Source: Candidatus Electronema nielsenii (lineage in GTDB: Bacteria > Desulfobacterota > Desulfobulbia > Desulfobulbales > Desulfobulbaceae). Taken from it: a stretch of DNA of 41,746 nt. The notes under the pieces are model-generated. The model made no database searches, was not told the origin of the DNA, and worked only from the letters and a program-made list of their open reading frames with translations. The position numbers and the translations under genes were made by a program. Location of the stretch: positions 1 to 41,746 of the forward strand of contig JAGIXO010000004.1 of the NCBI GenBank assembly GCA_026122915.1, given 5' to 3'. Below, piece after piece: positions 27,248 through 37,339 of this stretch; positions within the stretch are counted from its first letter, which is position 1, and each line of letters opens with the position of its first letter.

Positions 27248-28056
27248 ACACGTTCCGATCTCAGTTCGCTTGCCTCTGTCTCGCTTCTCTGCTGCTGGGT
27301 GGCTGCGCAAGCAAAGTATCGCACCAGTCAGCGCAGCTTGACGGCAAAAGACTGAAGCTGGCAGAAGAGCGTTTGAGCAACTTCTTAACGCAGTCCTGCG
27401 TTGATGGAATAGATAGCGATGTTAAACTCAGCTGGAAAGCCTATGCCCAGCAGGAGACCTATCCGGCGACCTTACAGGCAGCTGCCCCGGCCTCACTTCG
27501 GTTAGCCCTGACCGACCCACTCGGCAGACCTCTGCTTTTGCTGGGTTCTGACGGCAAGACCTTCACGCTGGCCGATAATCGAAAGGCGCAGGGGTATCGG
27601 GGCAATACCGAGTTGAAGTTCGTGCGCCGCTTCCTTCCTTCTTTCATCCCAATGGATGACCTTTTCTTGTGGTTAAGCGGACGGGTACGCGGAGAAAGGA
27701 TGCAGACTGCGGCGGCACGAACAGATGCCGAGGGAACGCTCTGGTGGCATGGCGGTTCCACCGACGGCAGAACCGCTCATATTCTCGCGTTAGACCGGCA
27801 GAACCGCCTCAGCCGTCATATAGTCATGGATAAGAAAACCGATGAGATACTGTTTGAAGCTCGCTACAGCGGCTATGTTAAGACCGCAAAAGCCTGCGCT
27901 TGGCCGGGCAAGATCAATCTGTCCGGCAAGGCATTAGAAGCAGATTACTCAATTGAATTCGGCGAAATCTTCGGCTATGGCCCTCTTGACAAGCAGCGGT
28001 TTGAGGTTACGCTGCCACCGCATTTCACGGTTAAAGAAATGACTGACAAGGATTAG
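27244..28056 (+). CDS. LolB-like/DUF4292-like outer membrane lipoprotein
   Basis: Lipobox LGGC, LRL...DPLG.P motif, beta-rich; ATGA overlap with the TPR gene. Confidence 0.6.
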   Translation: MNTFRSQFACLCLASLLLGGCASKVSHQSAQLDGKRLKLAEERLSNFLTQSCVDGIDSDVKLSWKAYAQQETYPATLQAAAPASLRLALTDPLGRPLLLLGSDGKTFTLADNRKAQGYRGNTELKFVRRFLPSFIPMDDLFLWLSGRVRGERMQTAAARTDAEGTLWWHGGSTDGRTAHILALDRQNRLSRHIVMDKKTDEILFEARYSGYVKTAKACAWPGKINLSGKALEADYSIEFGEIFGYGPLDKQRFEVTLPPHFTVKEMTDKD

Positions 28057-29090
28057 TTCAGTTTCTTAGCCGAATTGCCGAGCGTATTGATGATCAAGAC
28101 AAAGAGATTGTCATTCTTGAAAAAGACCTGCTGAAGATCATAATTGTTGCTCGGGGCTAAATCCAGTACCACCCGGATTTTCTTGCCCGATTCTTCCTTG
28201 CTGATGCGGATACCTCGAACAAACTTGCCGTCTGCTGGGATATTCTCCGGCAGACGCTCGCCCGCAGCGGTGTCTTGAAAGTCACAGACCACCCTCGGCT
28301 TCTTTTCTTCCAAGCCAAAGACCACGGGCGGATGGAATTTGTTCAGTCGGAACATGACCATCTCGCCCCGGTTGGAATTCTTATCAAAAATCACTGAAGT
28401 CAGCACCGTGGCAGCGGCAGAGAAAGGCTTTGCTACGGGCTTGACGATTGGCTCTTCCGGTACTTTGACCGGAGGTGGTGCTGTTGTTACAGTTTGCGCC
28501 TGCTTCTCCTCAGGCAGTCGGACAACAGGCTTTACTTCTGGGTTTTTTCCCGCAGTGGGTGTCCAGATGGTGCCTGCGGTTGCGGCAGCCTTTCTCGGCT
28601 CTGGCTGAACGCTGGCATCATGAACAACCACGGTCAGGAGAGTACCGCTCGCCCCCGGCTCTTTGAAACTCTTGGTTTGTCTGCCCGGTGCCAAGTCCAG
28701 CACCACGCGCGTCTTGTTGTCGTGGATGCCAACCCGGATGCGTTGAATCAGGGTTCCCTTGGTCTCAAGGTTGTTTTTAATCCGTTTGGAAACACCGGTG
28801 TTATTGAAGTCAAAGACCATTCTGGGACTGCCATCCTTCATCGGGAAGGAGTTTGGAAGAACAGGACTGTTGAGCCGGAACACAACTCGTTCCTCGTTCG
28901 GGGAAACAGTCTCAAAGCGGATGTCTTCTATCTGTGCTGCCGCGAGCGCAGGCAGGCAGCGGAAGAACACGATCAGCAGCGCAAAGGCTGCCGCAGAAAT
29001 GTTTCTCAACATCGATCCTCGTTTGGTGGCCACTGAGGGGGAAAAGAACTTTTTAACACTGAAACCTTCTTTGAATATAACCTCCATCAT
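28053..29090 (-). CDS. Secreted protein with two AMIN domains
   Basis: Signal peptide, two copies of PR(M/V)V.DF ... IR(V/I)...(T/I)RVVLDL separated by a Pro/Ala/Thr linker, no amidase domain; start uncertain. Confidence 0.8.
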   Translation of the reverse strand: MMEVIFKEGFSVKKFFSPSVATKRGSMLRNISAAAFALLIVFFRCLPALAAAQIEDIRFETVSPNEERVVFRLNSPVLPNSFPMKDGSPRMVFDFNNTGVSKRIKNNLETKGTLIQRIRVGIHDNKTRVVLDLAPGRQTKSFKEPGASGTLLTVVVHDASVQPEPRKAAATAGTIWTPTAGKNPEVKPVVRLPEEKQAQTVTTAPPPVKVPEEPIVKPVAKPFSAAATVLTSVIFDKNSNRGEMVMFRLNKFHPPVVFGLEEKKPRVVCDFQDTAAGERLPENIPADGKFVRGIRISKEESGKKIRVVLDLAPSNNYDLQQVFFKNDNLFVLIINTLGNSAKKLN

Positions 29091-29166
29091 TCCTGTGTCA
29101 ACTGATTAGGAGTTACGCTGTTCAATTTTACAAAACGGAGCGTATCGAGCGACGTTTTAAATTTGT

Positions 29167-29258
29167 CTCGCTCGAGTCTCTTGAACACACTCACTCGAGT
29201 CTCTTATGTTCCCTCGCTCGACACTCTTGCATACACTCGCTCGAGACTTTTCAGCTCC
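29167..29258. repeat. Tandem array, 23-bp period, 4 units, core CTCGCTCGAGTCTCTT
   Basis: Units start at 29167, 29190, 29213 and 29236; 16-bp conserved part plus 7-bp variable part. Confidence 0.85.
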
Positions 29259-29297
29259 CTACCAAGATAGCTTTTATACGCCTTGGGCAACACGAGG

Positions 29298-30578
29298 TTA
29301 GCGTAAGGCTGGATTGAAATAGCCGAATTTAAGCTGCGGAAATTGTTCTTTAAGGAGCTTGAGCCAGCGGAGCATTCCTAAAGCGGGCTTATTCGGCGCA
29401 TGGCCAACCGCTTTCAAATAATGCTCTGGGTCCATGTTCAGATTGCGAAGTTGAATCAGATCAGGTGGGCAGGCGGAGATCAGCTCGCAGAGAGCGGCGT
29501 GTTCGTCCGGGTCATCGGTAAAGCCAGGGATGATGAAATAGTTGAGCGAAACGTGGCGATTATGCTTCTTCATTACTTCGATGGTTTGGCGTACATCAGC
29601 GAAGGAGAAGCCAGAAGGCCGATAATAACGATGGTGCATCTCCGCGCGCGCCGAGTTCATCGACACCCGGATTGAATCTAACCCGGCCTGTGCGAGTCGG
29701 TCAACCGCAGCGGGCAAACTGGCGTTCGTGTTAAGATTGATCGTGCCTTTGCTGGTCTGCGCGCGCATCTGGCGGATGGCGGATTCAAGCGTCGGAGCTT
29801 GCAGCAACGGCTCGCCCTCGCAGCCTTGACCAAAACTAACCACCGCTTTGGCGGCTTTCTCCAAATGCGGCACAGCTATTTCTAACAGTTCTGTGGTCGA
29901 GGGGACAAAGTGAATGCGGTCTTGCGTCGAAGGACAACAACCGCTGGGCTGCTGGGAGATGCAGCCGATGCAGCCCGCGTTACAGCAAGGAGAGGTCGGC
30001 AGCGGGGCTTCCCAGCGACCAAGGAAGTAGTTACGGGCAGCAGGACAGGCGTAGGTCAGACAGCATTTACCGAGATGCTGAATGAGCCGGTTGTGTGGGT
30101 ATTTTTTCAGCTTGGCTGCTGTCTTCTTGTTGATCAGCCGTTGATCAAAGCCCTTGGGGTCTTGACGGATATCGTTGTCACTGCGGAAGGCAGCAACAAC
30201 GAACTTACCGTTTTGCCAGCCCACAGCGGTGTAGGCGAAGAGCGGGAGTAGCGGAGCGTTTTCCTGTGTCTGATAGGCAGCAGTGTAGATCGCAGTGTGC
30301 GCCGGGGCCATGAATGCAGCCACGGCAGAGATTTCATTGCTGCCATCATAGGGATTTTCTGCCAGCAGAGCTGCTTCACCACTCTCCGGCTCAATGCCCA
30401 CTGGCAAGCGATTTGGCAGGACAAACAGCTCGCTGCCCTCTGGCAGAGGAACCAGTTCCTCCGGCGCAGGGCTGAAGAAATTCCCTGCGCTGCTTCCGGC
30501 CATTTCCAAACCCTCATAGTCAAGGATTTCGCCCTGACGATTGGCGAAAACTAAGGAAGGCCGCATACTTTTGCCCAT
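29298..30578 (-). CDS. Radical SAM protein of unknown substrate
   Basis: CNAGCIGC (CxxxCxxC), SFGQGCEGEPL, NLNTNAS and DSIRVSMNS. Confidence 0.88.
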   Translation of the reverse strand: MGKSMRPSLVFANRQGEILDYEGLEMAGSSAGNFFSPAPEELVPLPEGSELFVLPNRLPVGIEPESGEAALLAENPYDGSNEISAVAAFMAPAHTAIYTAAYQTQENAPLLPLFAYTAVGWQNGKFVVAAFRSDNDIRQDPKGFDQRLINKKTAAKLKKYPHNRLIQHLGKCCLTYACPAARNYFLGRWEAPLPTSPCCNAGCIGCISQQPSGCCPSTQDRIHFVPSTTELLEIAVPHLEKAAKAVVSFGQGCEGEPLLQAPTLESAIRQMRAQTSKGTINLNTNASLPAAVDRLAQAGLDSIRVSMNSARAEMHHRYYRPSGFSFADVRQTIEVMKKHNRHVSLNYFIIPGFTDDPDEHAALCELISACPPDLIQLRNLNMDPEHYLKAVGHAPNKPALGMLRWLKLLKEQFPQLKFGYFNPALR

Positions 30579-31009
30579 CAGTCTTCTGCGCCTTGCCGAA
30601 TCTTGGAGAGCACCGAATCAACTGCGTTATAGACATCCAAATCACTACCAAACACATCCTGCACCCGTGGATGATCAATCAGGTCGTTGATAATGTAGGC
30701 GGTCAGATAGAGACTGAGGATATTTGGGTCTGGCACTAAGGTACGGATATCGGCAATCTTCAACCGAATCTCAAATTCTTCCATCTCCGCAGGCTCACGC
30801 AGCTGCCGCGCCACACCATCTTGAATGGCATGGACATCATTAGTCTCAATGATGTGCGCATCTAAAAGCCGCTGCACTAACCGGACAGCTAATTCCGGGG
30901 CAATGTCTCTGGCTTTGCTGAGGATAAAGCGGCGCTCTCGTTCTCGTTTCCGGTCAAGAGCATCTATCGCTTTGTTGGTTGAGCCGCTGGGATTGATGTG
31001 GCGGGCCAT
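30578..31009 (-). CDS. Conserved hypothetical protein
   Basis: 143-aa ORF with AGGAG RBS; its stop overlaps the radical SAM start (TGATG coupling). Confidence 0.75.
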   Translation of the reverse strand: MARHINPSGSTNKAIDALDRKRERERRFILSKARDIAPELAVRLVQRLLDAHIIETNDVHAIQDGVARQLREPAEMEEFEIRLKIADIRTLVPDPNILSLYLTAYIINDLIDHPRVQDVFGSDLDVYNAVDSVLSKIRQGAED

Positions 31010-31024
31010 GCTATGTTCTCCTTG

Positions 31025-33223
31025 TTAGTCGCAGGAATCGCTTTTGTAAAGCCGGGCAAAGCCCTCAATGCGGGCCGCAGTTTCCGGGTCGAGTCGCAGG
31101 TTGTATTTGCGGACATATTCCGCTGCCATGCGGTGGGTGTTAAAGATCGGCACATTCAGTTTCAGGTTACTGACCGCCAACTGAAGGTACTCATCAGGCC
31201 GGTCATAGAACATCTCCAGCACCTTGGGCAGCAGCGCGTAAAAAGAGCGTGAATCCTCAGCATAAAGCAGGGTCTCAGGTGCCTCACTCAGGCTGTCAGC
31301 AGTAAGCGGGCCTTCGTAGCCAAACTTCCAGCCGGTCTGCCCCTCATGATACCCTTCTACCCACCAGCCGTCCATCACGCTCAGATTGGGTACGCCATTC
31401 ATGGCGGCTTTCATACCGCTGGTACCAGAAGCCTCTAAAGGCCGCTTAGGGCTGTTGAGCCAAGTATGGACTCCAGCAACCATCATCCGGGCGATACGCA
31501 TATCATAGCCGGGGATGAAAATCAAGCGGGCCAAGCCCTTGCTCCGTTGGTACAGTTCCTCTTGATTGTCGAGGATCAGCTTCAGCACTGACTTGCCAGG
31601 TTCGTCCTGCGGATGCGCTTTACCTGCGAAGAGGAAGTTGACCTTCCAGTTGTTTTTCAGCAAAATATCAGCTAAGGCCGGGATGTCCTCAAAAATCAGG
31701 TCAGCCCGCTTGTAGGTAGAAAAGCGGCGGGCAAAGCCAATGGTAAAGGTACCCGGACTGAGCTGGCTGGTCTCGCCCTGCCGAAGATGAGAGAGATAAT
31801 TGGGCGGATCAATCCACGTCTCTTCCATCCGGCTGCGGTGTTCCGAAAGCATCCGATTGACGTAGCTCACCAAGGTGCGGTTGTCTTCCGCCCACGCCTG
31901 CTGGAGCTTGCCAAGAAAAACCGGGTCGTTGCCGATTTCTGCTTGGACAAAGATACCTGGATCATCGCGCCAGCCAAACAGCTCGTCCGTACTGTCAAAG
32001 ACTGCTGCTCTGGCCGAGCTGATCCACGTCAGATGATGCACGCCGTTGGTCACAGCTCTAATCTTTTGTGCAAACTCAGGAAACTGTTTGCGGGTTACAT
32101 CTCGGTGTAGGCGACTGACGCTGTTCACCGCCCGATTGACTCGCATGGCAAAGGCGGTAAAGTTGTATTCATGCGGCGAATCTGCATCATTGGCTAACAG
32201 ATCAAGGATACGGTGGCAGGTGGCATGGCTGATGCCGGTGTAAAGCGAGCGGGCGAAGCGATCATGCCCGGCCTTAACCGGTGTGTGAATGGTATAGACA
32301 ATCCGCTTGGCTGCTTCCTCTGCTGCTGCTAAGATGTCTTGATCACTCATACAGTTGTGGCAGCCTTTCCCTAGCGTTTTCTCTAACTGGCGAAGAATGA
32401 GATGCAGCGTGACTGCCACCCCGTGCTGTTCATTGAGGTGAATGGTGCCTATCGTCAAGCCCAGCCGTTCCGCCAGAGGCAGCACCCCAGAACCGAGCAT
32501 TCGGCGCTGATTAGCCTTCATGATGTCGGATTTGGCACTGTACAACCGCAGACCGGCTTCGCGCACCCACGGCGGCGATGAGGGAATGGAGTAATCAAGT
32601 AGGAATTCTGGCACGAAATAGTCCATTTCCTCGCTGATTTCCATCTTCATCCAGACATGGGCCTTGGCCAAGGTGGGATGATCGTATTCATTGAAAAAAG
32701 GTACAGTCAGCTCTAACGGTTGACCGGGCTGTTCTGGGTCTTCTAATTGAAACAGAGTCGGTGTTGCTTCAGGACTCCACTGGGTAGCCTGATCAATCTG
32801 GCCTACTCTGGAATCAACCAGCTGGGAGAAATAACCTTCCCGGTAAAGCAGTGAGACCGCAAAGACCGGTATATGTAGATCAGCAAAGCTCTTCAGGGTA
32901 TCACCGGCCAACACGCCGAGACCACCGCTATAGTTGGGTACTTTACGGGGACCGTTTAAGTATTTTTTGAGCAAACGCAGGAGTGCTGGGTTTTCACTTT
33001 TCGTGTAGGCTTGTTCTCGAAGAAAATCTTGCACCGGATGAAAAATATCGGGGTCAGCACCGATTTCCATGGAAACATAGGCTACCGACCCGCTGTCGGG
33101 GCGGCTTAAAGCCTGCCAGACACGGTTGAAGACCTGCTGCGGTACGCCGAAGAAGGTACCAAATCTGCTGGTGCAGATCAGTTCTTCTGCACTATCAACA
33201 TTGACTGACTTTTTGGGAATCAC
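31025..33223 (-). CDS. glgP: Alpha-glucan (glycogen) phosphorylase
   Basis: YSGGLGVLAGD, HLNEQH, TIHTPV.AGHD, TNGVH, GFARRF.TYKRA, AGKAHP and EASGTSGMKA (PLP lysine). Confidence 0.93.
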   Translation of the reverse strand: MIPKKSVNVDSAEELICTSRFGTFFGVPQQVFNRVWQALSRPDSGSVAYVSMEIGADPDIFHPVQDFLREQAYTKSENPALLRLLKKYLNGPRKVPNYSGGLGVLAGDTLKSFADLHIPVFAVSLLYREGYFSQLVDSRVGQIDQATQWSPEATPTLFQLEDPEQPGQPLELTVPFFNEYDHPTLAKAHVWMKMEISEEMDYFVPEFLLDYSIPSSPPWVREAGLRLYSAKSDIMKANQRRMLGSGVLPLAERLGLTIGTIHLNEQHGVAVTLHLILRQLEKTLGKGCHNCMSDQDILAAAEEAAKRIVYTIHTPVKAGHDRFARSLYTGISHATCHRILDLLANDADSPHEYNFTAFAMRVNRAVNSVSRLHRDVTRKQFPEFAQKIRAVTNGVHHLTWISSARAAVFDSTDELFGWRDDPGIFVQAEIGNDPVFLGKLQQAWAEDNRTLVSYVNRMLSEHRSRMEETWIDPPNYLSHLRQGETSQLSPGTFTIGFARRFSTYKRADLIFEDIPALADILLKNNWKVNFLFAGKAHPQDEPGKSVLKLILDNQEELYQRSKGLARLIFIPGYDMRIARMMVAGVHTWLNSPKRPLEASGTSGMKAAMNGVPNLSVMDGWWVEGYHEGQTGWKFGYEGPLTADSLSEAPETLLYAEDSRSFYALLPKVLEMFYDRPDEYLQLAVSNLKLNVPIFNTHRMAAEYVRKYNLRLDPETAARIEGFARLYKSDSCD

Positions 33224-33364
33224 GAGTATCCTTGGTGCTCTGCTAAAAAAATGCGCAGCCTACTGGGTCTTGGTTTTCATGACAAAACTTGGCTCCTCAA
33301 ACAGGTTAAGAGTAGATGGGCTGCTCAGGTTTTGCAAGCGAATTCCTTTTTTCACAGAAAAATG

Positions 33365-33392
33365 TTGAATTCTTCCCCTGTTCTGGTACGAT
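33365..33392 (+). promoter_or_regulatory. Putative sigma70 promoter for pal
   Basis: TTGAAT-16 nt-TACGAT with a TG extended -10 element. Confidence 0.35.
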
Positions 33393-33428
33393 ACGAGGAA
33401 CCAATACTGATAAAATACTTACCCAAGT

Positions 33429-34001
33429 ATGGAGATGAAGATGCAAGTGAGTAAAACGTTGTGTTTTTGTGTTTTTATGGCTTTAGTTGTACCTTTTTCC
33501 ATGACCGGCTGTAGCAAAAAGAAGCCGACCGATGCAGATGCTGCTGCGGCAGCAAGCAACGGAGGTAGTGCTGAGGCAGCAACAGGCGAGACTCCTGGAC
33601 AAGATGAATCCTTGGCAAGTCCAGCAGGACAAGATGGTCAAGGTAACTTTGCTGAAGGCCGTACTTCTGGACCAATGTTGCCGGTTTATTTCGATTACGA
33701 TTCCTCTCGGATTGAAGGCGACCAAGTTAGTCGAGTTGAGCATAACGGTGATTTTCTTAAAGAGAAAAAAGATAAGAAAATACGAATCGAAGGCAACTGC
33801 GACGAGCGTGGTACTCGGGAATACAACCTTGCTCTGGGCGAACGCCGCGCCAATGCAGCCAAAAAGTATCTGATCAAACTTGGCGTTGAGGCCGGACAGC
33901 TTTCAACGGTAAGCTGGGGCGAAGAAAAGCCGCTGGTCTTCGGTCAGGATGAGCAATCTTGGGCGCAGAACCGGAGAGCTGACTTTGTATTTGCTGAATA
34001 A
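33429..34001 (+). CDS. pal: Peptidoglycan-associated lipoprotein
   Basis: Lipobox MTGC, VYFDYDS, IEGNCDERGTREYNLALGERRA, SWGEEKP and NRRA. Confidence 0.95.
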   Translation: MEMKMQVSKTLCFCVFMALVVPFSMTGCSKKKPTDADAAAAASNGGSAEAATGETPGQDESLASPAGQDGQGNFAEGRTSGPMLPVYFDYDSSRIEGDQVSRVEHNGDFLKEKKDKKIRIEGNCDERGTREYNLALGERRANAAKKYLIKLGVEAGQLSTVSWGEEKPLVFGQDEQSWAQNRRADFVFAE

Positions 34002-34117
34002 GGTCTGACCCGCACTGGTTTCAGGTTCTTCTGCCATCATGCTGAAGAACCTGTTTGTTTTTTCACCATCCCGCCTCGTTTTAATCGATCTGTAATTCCC
34101 ATTCAAGGAGATATATT

Positions 34118-34627
34118 GTGAATAGAACTGCTACTCTTCTGGCTGCTCTTTTTTTCTTTGTTACCGCTTCTGTTTCTGCGGCAGAGGTAAAAATAGCTGT
34201 TCTTAATATTCAAGATGTGCTGACTAAATCTTCCGCAGGTATGGCAGCCAAGAGCAAAATTGAGCAGAGGATGAAGGAGCTGAAGGCTTCTTTTGAAAGT
34301 GACAAGCAGCAGTTGACCGCTTTTCAAGACGAGATGAAAAAAAAAGCATCAGTCTGGAGTGACGACAAAAAGCAAGAGCAGCTTCTTGAATTCCAAAAAA
34401 AGACCCGTGATTTTGAATTCAAACGAGATGATGCCAGAAAGGAACTCAAGAATCTTGAAGATAAGAATCTTGCTCCGATCATGAAGGAACTTGAGGGCAT
34501 AGTCCGCTCAGTTGCTGCTGCTAAAGGATATTCGGTTGTATTACCCAATACTGCGGTGTTATATTTTGACAACTCTGTCGATATCACCGGTGAAGTGCTG
34601 AACAGCCTCAACGCCAAGCTGAAATAA
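34118..34627 (+). CDS. skp: OmpH/Skp periplasmic chaperone
   Basis: AAGGAG RBS with GTG start, signal peptide, KIAVLNIQ, coiled coil and VLY....DIT..V. Confidence 0.88.
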   Translation: MNRTATLLAALFFFVTASVSAAEVKIAVLNIQDVLTKSSAGMAAKSKIEQRMKELKASFESDKQQLTAFQDEMKKKASVWSDDKKQEQLLEFQKKTRDFEFKRDDARKELKNLEDKNLAPIMKELEGIVRSVAAAKGYSVVLPNTAVLYFDNSVDITGEVLNSLNAKLK

Positions 34628-34641
34628 TTTCTTCTGTTGGG

Positions 34642-35445
34642 ATGAATCCCTATCAATTTCTCCATTACACGCCCGGCACTAACTGCGGTGAGTGCGGTTA
34701 TCCCGCTTGTCTTGCCTTTGCAGTAGCCGTCACCAAGGCCGGAGTTTGCGCTGATCTTTGCCCGTATTTGAAGGATACATTGCCGCCGGAGGTGCTTGGT
34801 AATAAGGCCAGCGAGAACGCACTTGACCGCAGCCAAGAGGAACGCGAACTGGCCTTGGCTACTCACCTGCGGAGCAAAATGCAGGGGTTGGATTTACACA
34901 ATCTTGCCCCTCGCCTCGGCGCGAATTGGTCAGCAGAGCAGCCTGAATTGCTCCGGTTTTCTTTTCTTAGTCGCCCGGTGCAATTGGGAAAAGCTGGAGT
35001 TTTCATCAACGGCGAGTCACCTGCTGATCCCAGAGACCAAATTTTGCTGTATAATTATGTGGCCTCTGGTGGTGGGAGAAAACCTGAAGGTACTTGGGTC
35101 GGCATGGAAAGTCTGCCCAATTCTATTTCCAAAATCCGCACGTTAGCTACATACTGCGAAGAACGAATAGCGGAACGTTTTAGCGGCAGGGCAGGGCGGT
35201 TGATCGAATTATGCGCTGCCCTTGACGCAATTCCTGCCGAGCAAAATGCCGCTGCCGCCGCGATTATCCCTGTTCTCCCCTGCCTTCCCCTCTTGCTTTT
35301 ATTTTGGGATGCAGAGCCAGAAGATGGCTTTTCTGCCAAAGTAAAAATACTGTTTGATCAGCATGTACTCGATTTTCTTGATCTGGAATCCTTGGTCTTT
35401 GCCGCTGAACGCACGGCAGACCGTTTGCTGGAGTTAGACTGTTGA
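34642..35445 (+). CDS. DUF3786-type protein with N-terminal Fe-S domain
   Basis: PGTNCGECGYPACLAFA...CPY, then ILLYNY and LLLFWDAE..F.AKVKILFD. Confidence 0.8.
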   Translation: MNPYQFLHYTPGTNCGECGYPACLAFAVAVTKAGVCADLCPYLKDTLPPEVLGNKASENALDRSQEERELALATHLRSKMQGLDLHNLAPRLGANWSAEQPELLRFSFLSRPVQLGKAGVFINGESPADPRDQILLYNYVASGGGRKPEGTWVGMESLPNSISKIRTLATYCEERIAERFSGRAGRLIELCAALDAIPAEQNAAAAAIIPVLPCLPLLLLFWDAEPEDGFSAKVKILFDQHVLDFLDLESLVFAAERTADRLLELDC

Positions 35446-36437
35446 TGCTGCGCGACAAAATTGATTGTTTTGCCGAAGCCAAGATTTTAGTCATCGGCGA
35501 TGTGATTCTTGACCAGTTTATCTGGGGGACAGTCACGCGGATTTCCCCAGAAGCACCGGTGCCAGTGGTTGATGTCCGCAAGGAAGAATTGTTGCTTGGC
35601 GGCAGTGCGAATGTGGTACGGAACATCATCTCGCTGGGCGGCCACTGCGCACTTTGTGGGATCATCGGCGACGACACGATGGGCGCGGAGCTGCTGGCCT
35701 TGATGCGGGCCGTAGGTGCGCCGACTGAAGGTCTGATTAAAGGCCGTCGTCCGACGACGATCAAAACGCGAGTGGTGGCCCAAGGTCAGCAAGTGGTGCG
35801 CTATGACCGGGAAAAGAGCGGCCCACCTTCGGAACAGACGTTGCAAGGTTTGCTGAACTATATAAATATCCATCTTGTTAATTTTGATGCAATAATCGTT
35901 TCGGATTACGCCAAAGGCGTGATCTGTGACCCGCTCATGCGGCGACTGCATCAGCTTTTGGCCGAAACACGGGCGCAGAGCGGGCGAGCTATTCCCCTGA
36001 TTGTCGATCCTAAGCCAGTCAACGCAGGCAAATTCAGCGGGGCCACAGTGATCACCCCAAATAACTTTGAAGCGGCACAACTGAGTGGTGTGGCGATTAC
36101 TGACGAGCAAAGCCTGTTGGCTGCTGCCCGCAAAATCAAGCACGAGCTGGCCTGTGGCTCAGTGTTGATTACGCGCGGTGAGGCTGGCATGGCCTTACTG
36201 GAAGGCGAAAACGAGTTGGTTACTATTCCGACTGCGGCCAAGGAAGTTTATGATGTAACCGGTGCTGGCGATACGGTTGCAGCCACGCTCGCCCTTGGCT
36301 TGGCTGCGGGTTGCTCAATGACCGATGCCGCGATTATTGCTAATCATGCGGCTGGGATCGTGGTGGGCAAGGTTGGCACGGCCTCAGTCAACCGCGAGGA
36401 ACTATTAGCCGATTTAGACAAAGAGGAAGCACGATGA
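35442..36437 (+). CDS. rfaE1: D-glycero-beta-D-manno-heptose-7-phosphate kinase (HldE kinase domain)
   Basis: GDVILD...RISPEAPVPV, SDYAKG, VDPK, TPN..EA and VYDVTGAGDTV; no fused adenylyltransferase. Confidence 0.92.
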   Translation: MMLRDKIDCFAEAKILVIGDVILDQFIWGTVTRISPEAPVPVVDVRKEELLLGGSANVVRNIISLGGHCALCGIIGDDTMGAELLALMRAVGAPTEGLIKGRRPTTIKTRVVAQGQQVVRYDREKSGPPSEQTLQGLLNYINIHLVNFDAIIVSDYAKGVICDPLMRRLHQLLAETRAQSGRAIPLIVDPKPVNAGKFSGATVITPNNFEAAQLSGVAITDEQSLLAAARKIKHELACGSVLITRGEAGMALLEGENELVTIPTAAKEVYDVTGAGDTVAATLALGLAAGCSMTDAAIIANHAAGIVVGKVGTASVNREELLADLDKEEAR

Positions 36438-37315
36438 GACCACGCAGTATGACCGGCTTTGGTCGAGGCGAGGCAGAGGAAGGCGGACGGAGCTGGACAG
36501 TAGAAATTCGCACAGTCAATCATCGTTTTCTCGATCAGCGGGTGGTGCTGCCGCCTGCGTTGACCGGTTTAGAAGAACGGGTCAAGAAGACCGTGGCCGG
36601 ACAGCTCGACCGTGGCCGAGTAGAACTTTTCGTCTCGTGCCGGGGTAATCTGGCTGCTGCGCCGTTGTTGGCAGTTGATTTGGATTTAGCCCGCCAATAT
36701 CATAGCTGTTTGGTGCAGCTCAACGAACAACTCGGCCTTGGCTGCCACGTCAGTTTGAGTGATTTGCTTGCCCAGCGCGGTATTATTGTCCAGCAAGAGC
36801 AGAACCCAGATATTGAACAGGAATGGCCGCTGATCGAAAAAGCGGTGTTAGTCGCCCTTGCTGATTGCGACCGGATGCGCGAGCAAGAAGGCCAAGCCCT
36901 CAAAACGGAGCTGAACAGCCGTTTAGATGCCTTTGCCGCCACAGTCCGAGAGGTGCAAGTTGCGATGCCGCAGCTGGTCGCCCAGCGTCATCAGGAGTTA
37001 AAAGAGCGGCTGACCAAGCTGCTGGCGAGTGTAGATATTGATCCGGCTCGTTTGGCGCAGGAGGCAGCGATTATGGCGGACAAGGCTGATGTCACCGAAG
37101 AAGTGGTGCGTTTAACCAGTCACATCAGTCAATTCCGCAGCTTCTTGGACAGTGAAGAGCCTTCCGGCAGACGATTAGATTTCCTCCTACAAGAATTCTT
37201 GCGCGAAGTGAACACGTTGGCTTCAAAAATTTCCAATGCTGCCATTGCCCGCCTTGGTGTAGAGATGAAAAACGAGATTGAGAAATTACGCGAGCAGGTG
37301 CAGAACATCGAATAG
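36434..37315 (+). CDS. yicC: YicC/YloC family endoribonuclease
   Basis: SMTGFGR, VNHRFLD, DVTEEVVRL.SH, GRRLDFL.QE..RE.NT and EKLREQVQNIE. Confidence 0.94.
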   Translation: MRPRSMTGFGRGEAEEGGRSWTVEIRTVNHRFLDQRVVLPPALTGLEERVKKTVAGQLDRGRVELFVSCRGNLAAAPLLAVDLDLARQYHSCLVQLNEQLGLGCHVSLSDLLAQRGIIVQQEQNPDIEQEWPLIEKAVLVALADCDRMREQEGQALKTELNSRLDAFAATVREVQVAMPQLVAQRHQELKERLTKLLASVDIDPARLAQEAAIMADKADVTEEVVRLTSHISQFRSFLDSEEPSGRRLDFLLQEFLREVNTLASKISNAAIARLGVEMKNEIEKLREQVQNIE

Positions 37316-37339
37316 CGAAATCAACTCAGGGAGAAAAGC

